Shown one piece after another: positions 31,309 to 41,343 of a DNA stretch of 64,000 bases; the first letter of the stretch is position 1; each line of letters begins with the position of its first letter. The notes beneath the pieces are model-generated. The model was not told the origin of the DNA. It ran no database searches and saw nothing but the letters and a program-made list of their open reading frames with translations. Both the position numbers and the translations under genes were made by a program. Origin of the DNA: an uncultured Acidobacteriota bacterium (GTDB lineage Bacteria > Acidobacteriota > Blastocatellia > RBC074); contig CAWCKY010000006.1 of NCBI GenBank assembly GCA_963796275.1, positions 800,001-864,000 on the forward strand, read 5' to 3'.

Positions 31309-33879
31309 ATGTTGAACACTTTCCGGCAAGACCTGCGCTACGGCCTGCGAATTTTACTCAAACAAAAGGGGGTCACGGCTGTCGCCGTGCTCTCACTGGC
31401 GCTGGGCATCGGCGCGAATACCGCGCTCTTCAGCATCGTCGATGCGATACTGCTCAGACAGTTGCCGGTCAGGGAACCGGAGCGGCTGGTGCTATTCAAG
31501 TCGATCTTCCCGCCCGGGTTCGCGCCGGGCAACTATAACGGCAGTCCCGACAGCGACCCGACCAAGAAGACTTCGTTCCCCTACCAGAGCTTTCTGCGCA
31601 TGCGTGACCAGCAGAGCGCGCTTTCAGACGTGATCGCATACGGCAACGTGGTTCTGACTGTAAATGCCGATGGGCAGGCCGATTTAGCCAGCGGACAAGC
31701 AGTCTCGGGCAACTATTTTGCCGGATTGGGTGTTCAGGCGTTACTCGGTCGCACAATTATGGATGGCGATGATAATGCGGCGGCTGGCGCTGTCGCCGTG
31801 TTGAGTTACCGGTATTGGCGGCAGCGCTTTGGCGGCGATCCGGCTGTTATCGGCAAACTGATCAATCTAAACAACGTCGCATTCACCGTCATAGGCGTCA
31901 CTCCCAAGGGTTTTGAAGGAACGGGACAGATCGGATCGTCGCGCGATGTGACGATCCCGATCGCCTGTGAGCCGCAGTTGTATGGCGAGCGCGAACGCTC
32001 GCGGATGTATCGCGCCGGCGATTGGTGGTTGCGATTGATGGGACGACTGAGGCCGGGCGCGACTGCCGAACAGGCGCGCGCGCAAATGGAGAGCCTCTTC
32101 CATCAATCTGTCCTCGATCATCGCATTGCGCGCCAGGCGTATGCATCGGGAGGGAACCCGGTCGCGGCTCTGGACCCGAAATATTATCCGCAGCTCGTGG
32201 TCGATCCTGGTGATCAGGGTGAGACAGGCACACGGCGACGCTATGCTTCATCGCTCTATCTGCTGCTCGGAGTCGTCGGGGCGGTGCTGCTGATCGCCTG
32301 CGCCAACGTGGCGAACTTGCTCCTGTCACGCGCGGCATCGCGGCAAAAAGAGATCGGCGTGCGACTGGCTCTGGGCGCGAGCCGCCCGCGTTTGATCCGG
32401 CAGTTATTGACAGAGAGCGTTTTGCTCGCGTTATTGGGCGGTACATTCGGTGTACTGTTCGGGCTCTGGATCAAGGACGGATTCCTGGCCGTGAGCGACT
32501 GGGGCGGTGGCGTGATGGGTGCATTGGAGCCGCGGATCGACTGGCGCGTGCTCGCTTTTACGCTGGCGCTTTCTTTGCTGACCGGGGTCATCTTCGGTCT
32601 GGCTCCCGCGTGGCGCGCTACGAAAGTGGATCTGACGCCGGTGCTCAAGGACAGCCCGCGCAGTACGGGGGCGGCATCCCGTTCGTCGCTGGGTCGCGGC
32701 CTGGTTGTTTTGCAGGTGGCTCTGTCATTGTTGCTGCTGGTCGGCGCGGGTCTCTTCATTCGCACGCTCCTGAATCTGCGGCGCATCGAGCCGGGATTCA
32801 ACACACACAACCTGTTGCTGTTTAGCGTTGAGCCTGCGCTGGCCGGATATAGAGGCGAAAAACTGAGGCAGCTATATCAGCAGATGAGCGAGCGTCTGGA
32901 GGGCCTGCCCGGCGTGCAGGCGGTCACTTTCTCGCGCGTCAGGCTGCTCGCCGGCGGTACGAGTAGCCGTGAGACTTTCCTGCCGGCCGGTCCTGATGGG
33001 AGGGTCACAGGGATCGGTAATGTGAGCCTCCTTCAGGTGCGCGAAAATTTTTTTGAGGCGATGGAGATTCCCCTGCTGTCCGGGCGCACGATCAAGCCGC
33101 AGGACGACGAGCACTCGCCACGCGTCGCCGTTATCAACCATGCGTTCGCGCAAAGATATTTTTCCAATGAAAATCCGGTCGGCAGGCGCTTCGGCTTCAG
33201 CGAGAATAGCGTTAATGAGATTGAGATCGTCGGCGTAGTCAGAGATGCCAAATATGCCAGACAGCATGACGATATTCAGCCGACGGCATATCTGTCCTGG
33301 CGACAGGATCTGCGCTCGTTGACCAGGGCGACTTTTGAGGTGCGCACTGCGGGCGACCCGGTAGCCACCGTGGGCACCATACGTCTGGCCGTTCGTGAAG
33401 TGGACGCCAGCCTCCCGCTCATCGACTTTCGCACGCAGGCCGATCAGGCGGATCAGATGCTGGCCATGGAACGTCTTCTTGCCAGGCTGCTGACGCTCTT
33501 CGGACTGCTTGCGCAGCAACTCGCTTCAATCGGTCTGTTCGGCGTATTGGCGTATGCCGTCTCGCAGCGCACGCGCGAGATCGGAATCCGCATGGCGCTG
33601 GGCGCAGACCACAGCGATGTGCTGAAGATGATTGTGCGTCAGGGGATGGCGCTCGTGATACTCGGTATCGGGCTGGGGCTGGCCGGCGCCTATGTTCTGA
33701 CGAAGTACCTGGGAAGCTGGGTCAATCTGTCGGAGATGCTGTATGGCGTGCAGCCATCCGATCCGCTGACCTATGTCGTGATCGCGTTGCTGCTGGTGCT
33801 GGTGGGGCTGATTTCGTGTTTTATTCCGGCCTGGCGGGCGACGAAGGTGGATCCGATGACGGCATTGAGATGTGACTAG
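31309..33879 (+). CDS. ABC transporter permease, ADOP type
   Basis: QDLRYGLR, LGIGANTA, LLIACANVANLLL, RTREIGIRMALGA and PAWRATKVDP. Confidence 0.95.
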   Translation: MLNTFRQDLRYGLRILLKQKGVTAVAVLSLALGIGANTALFSIVDAILLRQLPVREPERLVLFKSIFPPGFAPGNYNGSPDSDPTKKTSFPYQSFLRMRDQQSALSDVIAYGNVVLTVNADGQADLASGQAVSGNYFAGLGVQALLGRTIMDGDDNAAAGAVAVLSYRYWRQRFGGDPAVIGKLINLNNVAFTVIGVTPKGFEGTGQIGSSRDVTIPIACEPQLYGERERSRMYRAGDWWLRLMGRLRPGATAEQARAQMESLFHQSVLDHRIARQAYASGGNPVAALDPKYYPQLVVDPGDQGETGTRRRYASSLYLLLGVVGAVLLIACANVANLLLSRAASRQKEIGVRLALGASRPRLIRQLLTESVLLALLGGTFGVLFGLWIKDGFLAVSDWGGGVMGALEPRIDWRVLAFTLALSLLTGVIFGLAPAWRATKVDLTPVLKDSPRSTGAASRSSLGRGLVVLQVALSLLLLVGAGLFIRTLLNLRRIEPGFNTHNLLLFSVEPALAGYRGEKLRQLYQQMSERLEGLPGVQAVTFSRVRLLAGGTSSRETFLPAGPDGRVTGIGNVSLLQVRENFFEAMEIPLLSGRTIKPQDDEHSPRVAVINHAFAQRYFSNENPVGRRFGFSENSVNEIEIVGVVRDAKYARQHDDIQPTAYLSWRQDLRSLTRATFEVRTAGDPVATVGTIRLAVREVDASLPLIDFRTQADQADQMLAMERLLARLLTLFGLLAQQLASIGLFGVLAYAVSQRTREIGIRMALGADHSDVLKMIVRQGMALVILGIGLGLAGAYVLTKYLGSWVNLSEMLYGVQPSDPLTYVVIALLLVLVGLISCFIPAWRATKVDPMTALRCD

Positions 33880-33991
33880 CCGCGAGAGACCGGGACGTCA
33901 GCAACACGCGGTGGCATTTTGTGCTATCGCTCTGAATTTGAAATGGTGTAGAATCACGCCACCCCATAACACATTCCTCTGCAAATAGCAT

Positions 33992-34585
33992 ATGTTGTCC
34001 CGAAATAATACTCTGTCTATTTTCTGTCTGACGTTCATCTTCTGCATGGCCATTCTCATCAGCAGTCTGGCTGATGCCTATGGAAAACCGCGGGCGCTTT
34101 CTCGTACCCGGCTCAAGGCGCTCGATGATGATGCTCGCTTGCGGCTCAAGGCGGCGTTGCGGGATATGCGGAGACGCGGCATTCGTCCGCGCGTCAACAG
34201 CACGTTTCGGTCTCACGGCGAGCAACGGGCGATGTATCGGTGCGCCAGTAACCGAAGGTGCCGCTCCCGCCGTGGCATCTATGGAGCGAACCCTGCTGGT
34301 TCATCTATGCACGAAGCAGGGTTGGCCGTTGACCTCGGTGGGGTCGCGACGCCTCGCCGCCGCCTCACGCCGAAAGGCCGGCAGATGGTGCGGATTATGC
34401 GTCGCCATGGCTTCAACTGGCGTTATGGCATGAAGGATCCGGCCCATTTCGAGCTCAGCCCGCAGCGAGCCGGCTATCGTACCAGGCAGGCTGCGATCAA
34501 GGCGGGTCAGAATCGCTGGCGCAAGACTCTTGGGACGAAACGACGGGTGACCGCTCAGCCTCGAATAACAAGGGTATCCAGATAG
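33992..34585 (+). CDS. M15 family (VanY-like) Zn peptidase / D,D-carboxypeptidase, secreted and Arg-rich
   Basis: FRS..EQ, SMHEAGLAVD and DPAHF motifs; signal peptide. Confidence 0.82.
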   Translation: MLSRNNTLSIFCLTFIFCMAILISSLADAYGKPRALSRTRLKALDDDARLRLKAALRDMRRRGIRPRVNSTFRSHGEQRAMYRCASNRRCRSRRGIYGANPAGSSMHEAGLAVDLGGVATPRRRLTPKGRQMVRIMRRHGFNWRYGMKDPAHFELSPQRAGYRTRQAAIKAGQNRWRKTLGTKRRVTAQPRITRVSR

Positions 34586-34751
34586 TGATAGATTCCTTGA
34601 TGCGATCGATTAAGATCAACTTCGCAACGGGATTCGTCAGTTTATTGGTAGTCATCCTCCAAGTTACTGGGCGGCGATTGCCATCCAGGCGACCCGGCGT
34701 TGGAATCCCGGAATAAAGAATTGATCAAGTTCGTGAAGATGGATGCGGAAC

Positions 34752-34898
34752 TGCATTTCAAAACGATATGGCGGAACGCAGCCAGCTGTTTCTACGGCAG
34801 AGGCGATGAGGCAGGTTACATTGAAGGTGATGAAGAAACCGGAATTCGTTCACCCGTTCTATTGGGGAGGATATGTCGTAGTTGGTGATGGAAACTGA
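34752..34898 (+). pseudogene. C-terminal remnant of a CHAT-domain gene
   Basis: 34788-34898 reads VSTAEAMRQVTLKVMKKPEFVHPFYWGGYVVVGDGN*, matching the CHAT terminal HPxYWxxFxxxG motif; no upstream gene body. Confidence 0.8.
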
Positions 34899-34994
34899 GA
34901 GCCATTGACGCAAAGGCGCAAAGATTCATAAAAGATAATCGGCGATCTTTTATGTATCAATTGCGCCTTTGTGTAACATCTCAGATATATTCAG

Positions 34995-36164
34995 TTAGAA
35001 CCGCGGAGCTAGAATCGGAACCAGCATATTGTGCTTAAAGAAATCAACATTAGTGTAATCATCTAATAATATCCCTTTGGTATCGCCTGAATTTGGAGTC
35101 CAAGTCCAGAAAGTGAAACTCATGCCATTTCTGCCGATGTAATCTACCAGGGTTCTGAGCCACACATCATCAGGTGGTTGGAGCGTCGTGCCGAACTCAC
35201 CTACCAAAATAGGAGCAATGTTCTGTTTATGAATATAACCCCAATACCTATCCCACACATCTGGTTCCAGATTGTTGGGAAAATTCGGAGCGTCGAACCA
35301 GGGTTGACGAAAGACTGAAGTGGCATAGTCATGCGGTGAATAGACCAAACGATTTGGAACATTCAGCCTGACAGGCGCGGTGCGTACACCTTCCAAATTT
35401 GCCCCCCACCAAGTGCTGCCATTGACGCGCTCAACTCCCTCAGCAATGATCAGCCAATTCGAATTGACTGCATGTATTGCATTCCCAACACGTTCTGCTG
35501 CTAATCTAAAGTCAGTGGCCAAATTGCCGGTGCCCCATTCGGCAGGTCCGTTAGGTTCGTTCTGCACGTCAGCTCCAACAACAACCGGGTTATTATTATA
35601 CCGATTCGCAAGCATGACCCAATTATCGATCCAGACTTGTTCAGAATATTGCGGTGTGTACCATAGCGGGGATTGTGCGCCCGAATCCGGTCGATGTCGG
35701 TCGAGGAAGATGCGAAGCCCGATCTGGCCGCTATAATCTACGATCTTATCCAAAATCTGTAACGGGGTCAGTCCTACCAGATCAGGATTGAGATTGACTG
35801 CGAAACTGTTAGGCACCCTCCCTGGTTGAAGCATTTCACTGCAATAGGGGATACGCAGCGTGTTGTAACCAAGAGCTTTGATCTGATCGAGCATGTCTCG
35901 CCAATTGCGTGCCCACAGCCCGTGAGGACAATAGGTGGATGTCTCAAACCCGAACCAGTTTATCCCCGTAATGCGTACCTGATTACCATTGGCATCCAGG
36001 ATTTTATTCCCTTCGGTGTGTAAATATCCTCCATTTATTTGGGCAGCTTTCGTTTTCCGGTTGTCCAGTCCCCACACCAAAGCAATCAATACACTCAATG
36101 CAACCGTGACGAAAAGAAAATACCGAAACTTCCCGTGTCTATTTACTGATGCGTTTAAGGACAT
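34995..36164 (-). CDS. GH5 endoglucanase (E1-like catalytic domain), secreted or anchored
   Basis: GINWFGFET, PHGLW, NEP acid/base, YSPHDY, GEFG nucleophile and WTWTPNSGDT. Confidence 0.93.
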   Translation of the reverse strand: MSLNASVNRHGKFRYFLFVTVALSVLIALVWGLDNRKTKAAQINGGYLHTEGNKILDANGNQVRITGINWFGFETSTYCPHGLWARNWRDMLDQIKALGYNTLRIPYCSEMLQPGRVPNSFAVNLNPDLVGLTPLQILDKIVDYSGQIGLRIFLDRHRPDSGAQSPLWYTPQYSEQVWIDNWVMLANRYNNNPVVVGADVQNEPNGPAEWGTGNLATDFRLAAERVGNAIHAVNSNWLIIAEGVERVNGSTWWGANLEGVRTAPVRLNVPNRLVYSPHDYATSVFRQPWFDAPNFPNNLEPDVWDRYWGYIHKQNIAPILVGEFGTTLQPPDDVWLRTLVDYIGRNGMSFTFWTWTPNSGDTKGILLDDYTNVDFFKHNMLVPILAPRF

Positions 36165-36739
36165 AGTTTCTCCTTTAGCTTTTGTTAAAGCGGGTGATTC
36201 AGATTTCGTTGTGTTGTCAAGAATGGGGGAATTCTTACGGGGGACAACGCTTACCGGCAGGAATCAATCAATACATAACTACACCAATGCCCTAAGCATC
36301 GATGCATAGATGCAGAAACGGCTAGGAGTGAGAAATAGTGATCTCCCCTGGACGTCTCTGCCCTTTTCGGTTCTTCACGGTTTATTTTCTGTTCAATTAC
36401 TTACTTTTTAACGTCTGAATTAGCAGATACCAACTACTATCGTGGTAGCATGCATTAGCAGTACGAGAATATCCTATTCGATTTATCTTGTTGATTGGTA
36501 GGAATTTGTAGTGCCGGGCGAATATTTAATGTTTGTGCTAATTCATAATCAAGCTTGGCTAACGGTTAGCATGTATAAGAAAATCTTAGTGGGTAGTTAA
36601 ACTATAGCTCAAACGGAAGGATCCCAGGCTTGGTCATTTCAGAGCAGGTTGCCTGGTTATTAGCTCCTTTGTAACGTTAGCAACCTGTTTATAACCGAGC
36701 TAACGGCGCTTTCTACGCCTGGTATCTCTCATATTTTCT

Positions 36740-37017
36740 CGCCAGCACCCTTGCCATCATAGAGCTTTAGCGTCCAAGGCTTCCACTCAAGACGATTGCA
36801 GAAAGTGTTGAATGCTTCTTGGCGCACCGAGTCAGTGCAGCATCTCCGGTGGGAAGACCCGATGATCCAAGTTCGGCGCATGCCAGACATAGCGCACCTT
36901 TCTCTACGGTAAGCTTGATTGAAGGTTTTTGAAACGAGATTTTCGCCACACTCATCGCATTTGGATTCGCGCGTGGTGTAAATACATTGAGATCTTCATC
37001 TGGGTTCGGTTGACTGG
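36740..37017 (-). pseudogene. Degraded N-terminal fragment of a DUF2293-like gene
   Basis: Across frames: RESKCDECGENL...EKGALCLACA...PTGDAALTR.AKKHSTLSAIVL, with several frameshifts and a stop. Confidence 0.6.
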
Positions 37018-37025
37018 GGACCGAC

Positions 37026-37502
37026 CTACCTGCTCGGTCCTTCTTCTTTTTTGGTTAGATTAAATGTCCCGGTATAACCAGCGCTGGTGAAGAACCCGAT
37101 GAATTCTTTATTATTAGCCCGTCCGATCCAGTCAAAAACGCCTCCGTCTTTCGCCCCGAGATCGGTGGTCCCTTTGAACATCACAGCCTTGCCAACCTGA
37201 CGGCCTTCCATTTTGATCGTGTACTTGTAGGGCCGTCCGCAATCGCCTTCAAATATCGCCTGCCAGACGCCATCCTTCGGCTGCTCGACTTTGGCTTCGA
37301 GTTTTTTGCAGATATCCTTGGGCGGAGTCGATCCCTGTGCCGGGTTGTATATTCCCCAGGTGCCGGTCCATTCGCCGGATATATCGGGAACCTGATCCTT
37401 TGCCGCCGGGGGCTGGGAGTTCTGAGTTTGAGCGAGGGCAACGCCAATGCCAATGACCAGCGTGAAGCAGATCAGTGCCAGCCGACTGCGATTAATGTTC
37501 AT
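37026..37502 (-). CDS. Hypothetical secreted beta-rich protein
   Basis: RBS AGGAGAG; signal peptide ending ALA; DISGEWTGTW motif and two cysteines. Confidence 0.75.
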   Translation of the reverse strand: MNINRSRLALICFTLVIGIGVALAQTQNSQPPAAKDQVPDISGEWTGTWGIYNPAQGSTPPKDICKKLEAKVEQPKDGVWQAIFEGDCGRPYKYTIKMEGRQVGKAVMFKGTTDLGAKDGGVFDWIGRANNKEFIGFFTSAGYTGTFNLTKKEEGPSR

Positions 37503-37966
37503 GATCTTCTCTCCTATTGAGGTAAATCTTGAAAAAAATTCGGTGAATCCTGCCTGAATTTTCATTACGGTAATTGGAAATGGAACACGCGGAGTATACG
37601 ACCGGCTGGTTGAACGACGCAATGAATTATGGCCGCTCCCGCTCAACGGTCTGAATTTGCCATCGGAGGGTATGGGAACAGATGTCGGAGACGTATCGAA
37701 ACTGGTCATCAGGCATGGAATGACACTGGCGGTTATCGGCGTGTCGATGGGATTGATTGAATAGTTGGCATTGACGAGGACTATGTAGAGTCGTTCTGTT
37801 TGACACGAGCTCGAACGACCCGTTAATATTCGCCGCCATCGCGGTATTAATGCGGTATTAATAATGATGATATGTCGCAATAGTTGCTTGCTGGATAAAG
37901 GCGCGTCGCTCAGCGCTGGATCCGATGGAGTATCTCCGCCACGAGTGATTTCCTGAGATAAAGATT

Positions 37967-38632
37967 ATGGGTAACCTGTGGATCTTCAAACTTGCGATTG
38001 GGAGTTTCGCCATTCCTATATTGATGATCGGTCTCCGGGGAGTCGTGACAAAGAGACCATTCCTTGTTTCTGACCGCTTAATTATCGGGATAATGTCGAT
38101 TTCAGCTTTACTGTCAGTTACAGCACTGCCATTTATAGCATGTGGAGGGCTGTTCTTCGATGAACCATTCAGTGCGTTCAATGTTGGGTCCGTTGGGGGG
38201 AACGATTTTAGTTTCAAGTTTGTTGGAATAATTCTACTGATAGCATTTTTAATAGTATTCTTCCTGCCATTAGGAATAGCGTTTTTTGCGTTACGGGACC
38301 AAACAGACGGATATTCGGCCTTCGGTGTTACCGATGAATCGTTTCAGGAGGCCCTGCACAGCGCGCTGAACAAACTCAACTTACCATTCGAAGAGACTAT
38401 TTTTCGTCTTCGACTGACATCGACTGGTGCAGACTTACAGGCGGTCGTACAGTCGGCGATGGGGATCGGACAACTAACAATAAAACCGTCGGAGCACAGG
38501 CCTATACTGAAAAACATTGCAGATGCTATGAATGAGTACTTCACGAAAACATCAGGCAAGTTGAATGTGGCTGCAAGCATTTATTCCATCATCATGGGAG
38601 CTTTAGCCCTCATCGCCGCATGGGTGTTTTAG
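37967..38632 (+). CDS. Hypothetical membrane protein (paralog of the next gene)
   Basis: Several TM segments; KRPFL, GY.A.GVT.ES, LNLP..E and GADL shared with 38684-39892. Confidence 0.75.
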   Translation: MGNLWIFKLAIGSFAIPILMIGLRGVVTKRPFLVSDRLIIGIMSISALLSVTALPFIACGGLFFDEPFSAFNVGSVGGNDFSFKFVGIILLIAFLIVFFLPLGIAFFALRDQTDGYSAFGVTDESFQEALHSALNKLNLPFEETIFRLRLTSTGADLQAVVQSAMGIGQLTIKPSEHRPILKNIADAMNEYFTKTSGKLNVAASIYSIIMGALALIAAWVF

Positions 38633-38683
38633 TGCTCATCGCCGCAATTTATTGAAGCATATGTAAAATCAGGAGGCTTGGTT

Positions 38684-39892
38684 ATGACATCCATTTTGCA
38701 GTCAGGCATATTTTATGGAATTACGGGCCTTTGCCTTCTAGCAATCAGCCTTCGGCTTTTCCTGACGAAAAGGCCATTTTTGTTTCCTGCCCGCTGGTTC
38801 ATCGGGATCTTAATGCTGTCGTTCTTCCCATCTATATCTTCCACCATCGGGATGATCGGCGATAAAATAGATCGCGATTATATCGACTGGTCGGGAATGT
38901 CTTTTTTGTTACTGCACGTAGGAATGCTCATCGGCCTGGTCATTTTCTTCATGTTTATATTGGCGAATGGATACATTGCAATTGGCGTAACCGAGGAATC
39001 GATGCGATCTGCATTGCAGGGTGCTCTGGAACGACTGAATTTACCGTATCGAGAGTCTATCTCGCGATTTCAACTCACAACGATCGGCGCCGACTTAAAA
39101 GCATCCGTGCGAGAAATACTGGGTATCGCAAATATACAAATAAATAAACGCCGACATAGGTCGACGCTAAAGAGTATAGCGCAGGCTACGAACGAACACT
39201 TTGCCGCAGTACCAGGTAAATTGAACACGAGAGGAGCGATGTTTTACGGTGGTTTCGGGTTATTTCAGATTGTCATGGCTATATCTATGTTGGTATTACA
39301 AATTGACCGGCGATCCATGTCGACTGAGTATATTGAAGTTGATAAATACCTTGAACCCGAAAGAATCGTTGGCAAACTTAACTGGGTTATTCGCGAGGCT
39401 TCTACGGGAAAGATATTCGATGAAGGGGCGAAAGACTTACGCCTCAAAGATATCATAGTAAAAAAATCAATAGTAAAGGAAACACCGTATGAGGACAGGC
39501 TGCATTTCCATCAAAGTATCAGGCTGAATAAAGGTTTCTACCTGGCAAGGTCGGTATACACCTACCCAGACCGATCTGATTTTAAAGGGTTCGGACTTAA
39601 AATAGACCATCGCACACGCGCCACGGCTTGCGATGGATGGTTCGACATTGATGGCGAACAACATGCGACCAAATCGAAGGATTCGGGTGAAGTAGCATTT
39701 GAAATTGGACAGGTCAACTCGAATTGGGAGGTCACTCGCACGGAATTTCTTTCCGATGTCACTTTTCGCATGAATCTTTTTGACTTCCCAGATGCTAAGG
39801 AAAATTATCCGAAATGGCGGGTGACGATCCTGAAGGGATCGCAGGTAAACTGGCCTTCTCTCGTAGATGATATTGTGGTTCCGAATAACTAA
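38684..39892 (+). CDS. Hypothetical membrane protein with an extra C-terminal soluble domain
   Basis: RBS AGGAGG; N-terminal half homologous to 37967-38632. Confidence 0.75.
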   Translation: MTSILQSGIFYGITGLCLLAISLRLFLTKRPFLFPARWFIGILMLSFFPSISSTIGMIGDKIDRDYIDWSGMSFLLLHVGMLIGLVIFFMFILANGYIAIGVTEESMRSALQGALERLNLPYRESISRFQLTTIGADLKASVREILGIANIQINKRRHRSTLKSIAQATNEHFAAVPGKLNTRGAMFYGGFGLFQIVMAISMLVLQIDRRSMSTEYIEVDKYLEPERIVGKLNWVIREASTGKIFDEGAKDLRLKDIIVKKSIVKETPYEDRLHFHQSIRLNKGFYLARSVYTYPDRSDFKGFGLKIDHRTRATACDGWFDIDGEQHATKSKDSGEVAFEIGQVNSNWEVTRTEFLSDVTFRMNLFDFPDAKENYPKWRVTILKGSQVNWPSLVDDIVVPNN

Positions 39893-39921
39893 ACGAAGCC
39901 AAAAAGAATTGGCACATCTTG

Positions 39922-40170
39922 ATGAAAAAGCAATCATCGCGTTTAAAGCGGCCACGTCATCCGATGCCTGAATTTGTCAGGACGGCGCTAGAAGAGAGAA
40001 ATCTGATGAGCGCGTACCTTCAGCGTCCCGCATATCAGCGAAATGATTACATCGGATGGATAACCGGGGCGAAATTGCCAGCTACGCGGCAAAAGCGGCT
40101 CGAACAGATGCTCGAGGAACTATTCCGAGGTGATACCTATATGAAGATGGCCTATCGGGCTAAGGAGTAA
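39922..40170 (+). CDS. YdeI/OmpD-associated family small protein
   Basis: RPAYQRNDYIGWI..AK...TRQKRL.QML.EL..G..YM.M. Confidence 0.85.
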   Translation: MKKQSSRLKRPRHPMPEFVRTALEERNLMSAYLQRPAYQRNDYIGWITGAKLPATRQKRLEQMLEELFRGDTYMKMAYRAKE

Positions 40171-40186
40171 AAAAGTGACCTGGGGC

Positions 40187-41269
40187 TCATTCCGCCTCGA
40201 GCGGCGCCGCCAACTTCATCCCATCAATCCATAATCCTCCCCTCTCGCCCGGTACGGTCGATCCATAGCGTTCCGCGTAGACCTCCGGCAGCGGTCGGGC
40301 GCCGGTTGGCGCCAGCCACAATCGCAACAGGTGACGTTTACGCTCCGGCTCCGGCCAGTCCTGGAATGCCGTGCGGTCGTGCAGCAGCGTGTGGTTATGC
40401 ACCAACTGCACGTCACCCAGCTTAAACTCCATAAACATATGCAGCGCCGGATCGTTGGCCAGAGCATCGAACATATCCAGAGCCTCGATCTGGAGAGACG
40501 TCAGAGGCGGCACCTGCGGGAAGCGGCGCGCCGATTCGATGTATTGTCTTTGATAGATAACCGAGAGCAGATCAGAATGCCAGTTAAATATTGGGATGTT
40601 GTAGTATGGTAGCTGCCCCTCTGCTGCCTCTCCGCGCCGATCGGTCGCAATCGGTTCGAACAAAATTTTAAGCAGATCGGGCCTTCTCCGTCGCATCTCG
40701 TTAAAGATGGTGACCGAACTGACCAGGCTTGAGAGACCGCCCGTTTTGGCTGGTTGCAGACACATCAACGCGACTATGTCACAGGAATCCGTGTGATAGG
40801 TCTGCCGTTCGCGCGTCTGGTAGATGCGCGCGTGCGGGTCGCTGCTGGACCGTCCCAGGTCTTTGACGTGTCCGAGCACATGCCCTTTGGCGTTTTGCGG
40901 CCGCGCATTGCCGAGGTGCGTGCCCAGGCCGAAGAAGGCGATCGCTGCCTCGCTCCTCGTCCATCGCCCGGCCGGAAGCCCGCGCAGAAGAGCAAACCCG
41001 CGCCCGTGCAGGACATCGCGTGACATGCGTTGCAGCCTTGAGCCGAGCTCCGGCAACGGGAAGTCGGATTTGCTCAGGTGAGGAAGCTCAATCCCGGATG
41101 CGGCGAATCTCCCCGTCGCGCGTTCGATCTCATCGATTTCGACACTTGAAAGATGTTCGATCCATTCGCTGCTGGCCCCCATCTCGGAGCCGTACCACGC
41201 GGATGGACCTTGAATCTCAGGCGGAAGGTTGTAAATGGGATGCGGCTTATCAGCATCGTGTGTTTCCAT
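40187..41269 (-). CDS. TauD/TfdA (clavaminate-synthase-like) Fe(II)/2-oxoglutarate dioxygenase
   Basis: HTD facial-triad motif, HNHTLLHDRTAF and RHLLRLWL. Confidence 0.9.
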   Translation of the reverse strand: METHDADKPHPIYNLPPEIQGPSAWYGSEMGASSEWIEHLSSVEIDEIERATGRFAASGIELPHLSKSDFPLPELGSRLQRMSRDVLHGRGFALLRGLPAGRWTRSEAAIAFFGLGTHLGNARPQNAKGHVLGHVKDLGRSSSDPHARIYQTRERQTYHTDSCDIVALMCLQPAKTGGLSSLVSSVTIFNEMRRRRPDLLKILFEPIATDRRGEAAEGQLPYYNIPIFNWHSDLLSVIYQRQYIESARRFPQVPPLTSLQIEALDMFDALANDPALHMFMEFKLGDVQLVHNHTLLHDRTAFQDWPEPERKRHLLRLWLAPTGARPLPEVYAERYGSTVPGERGGLWIDGMKLAAPLEAE

Positions 41270-41343
41270 TATGTTTTCGCTTTCATCAAAACAAGGTGTA
41301 AAGACAAGCCAGACCGATTACGACCATATTTTCACACAAAACC

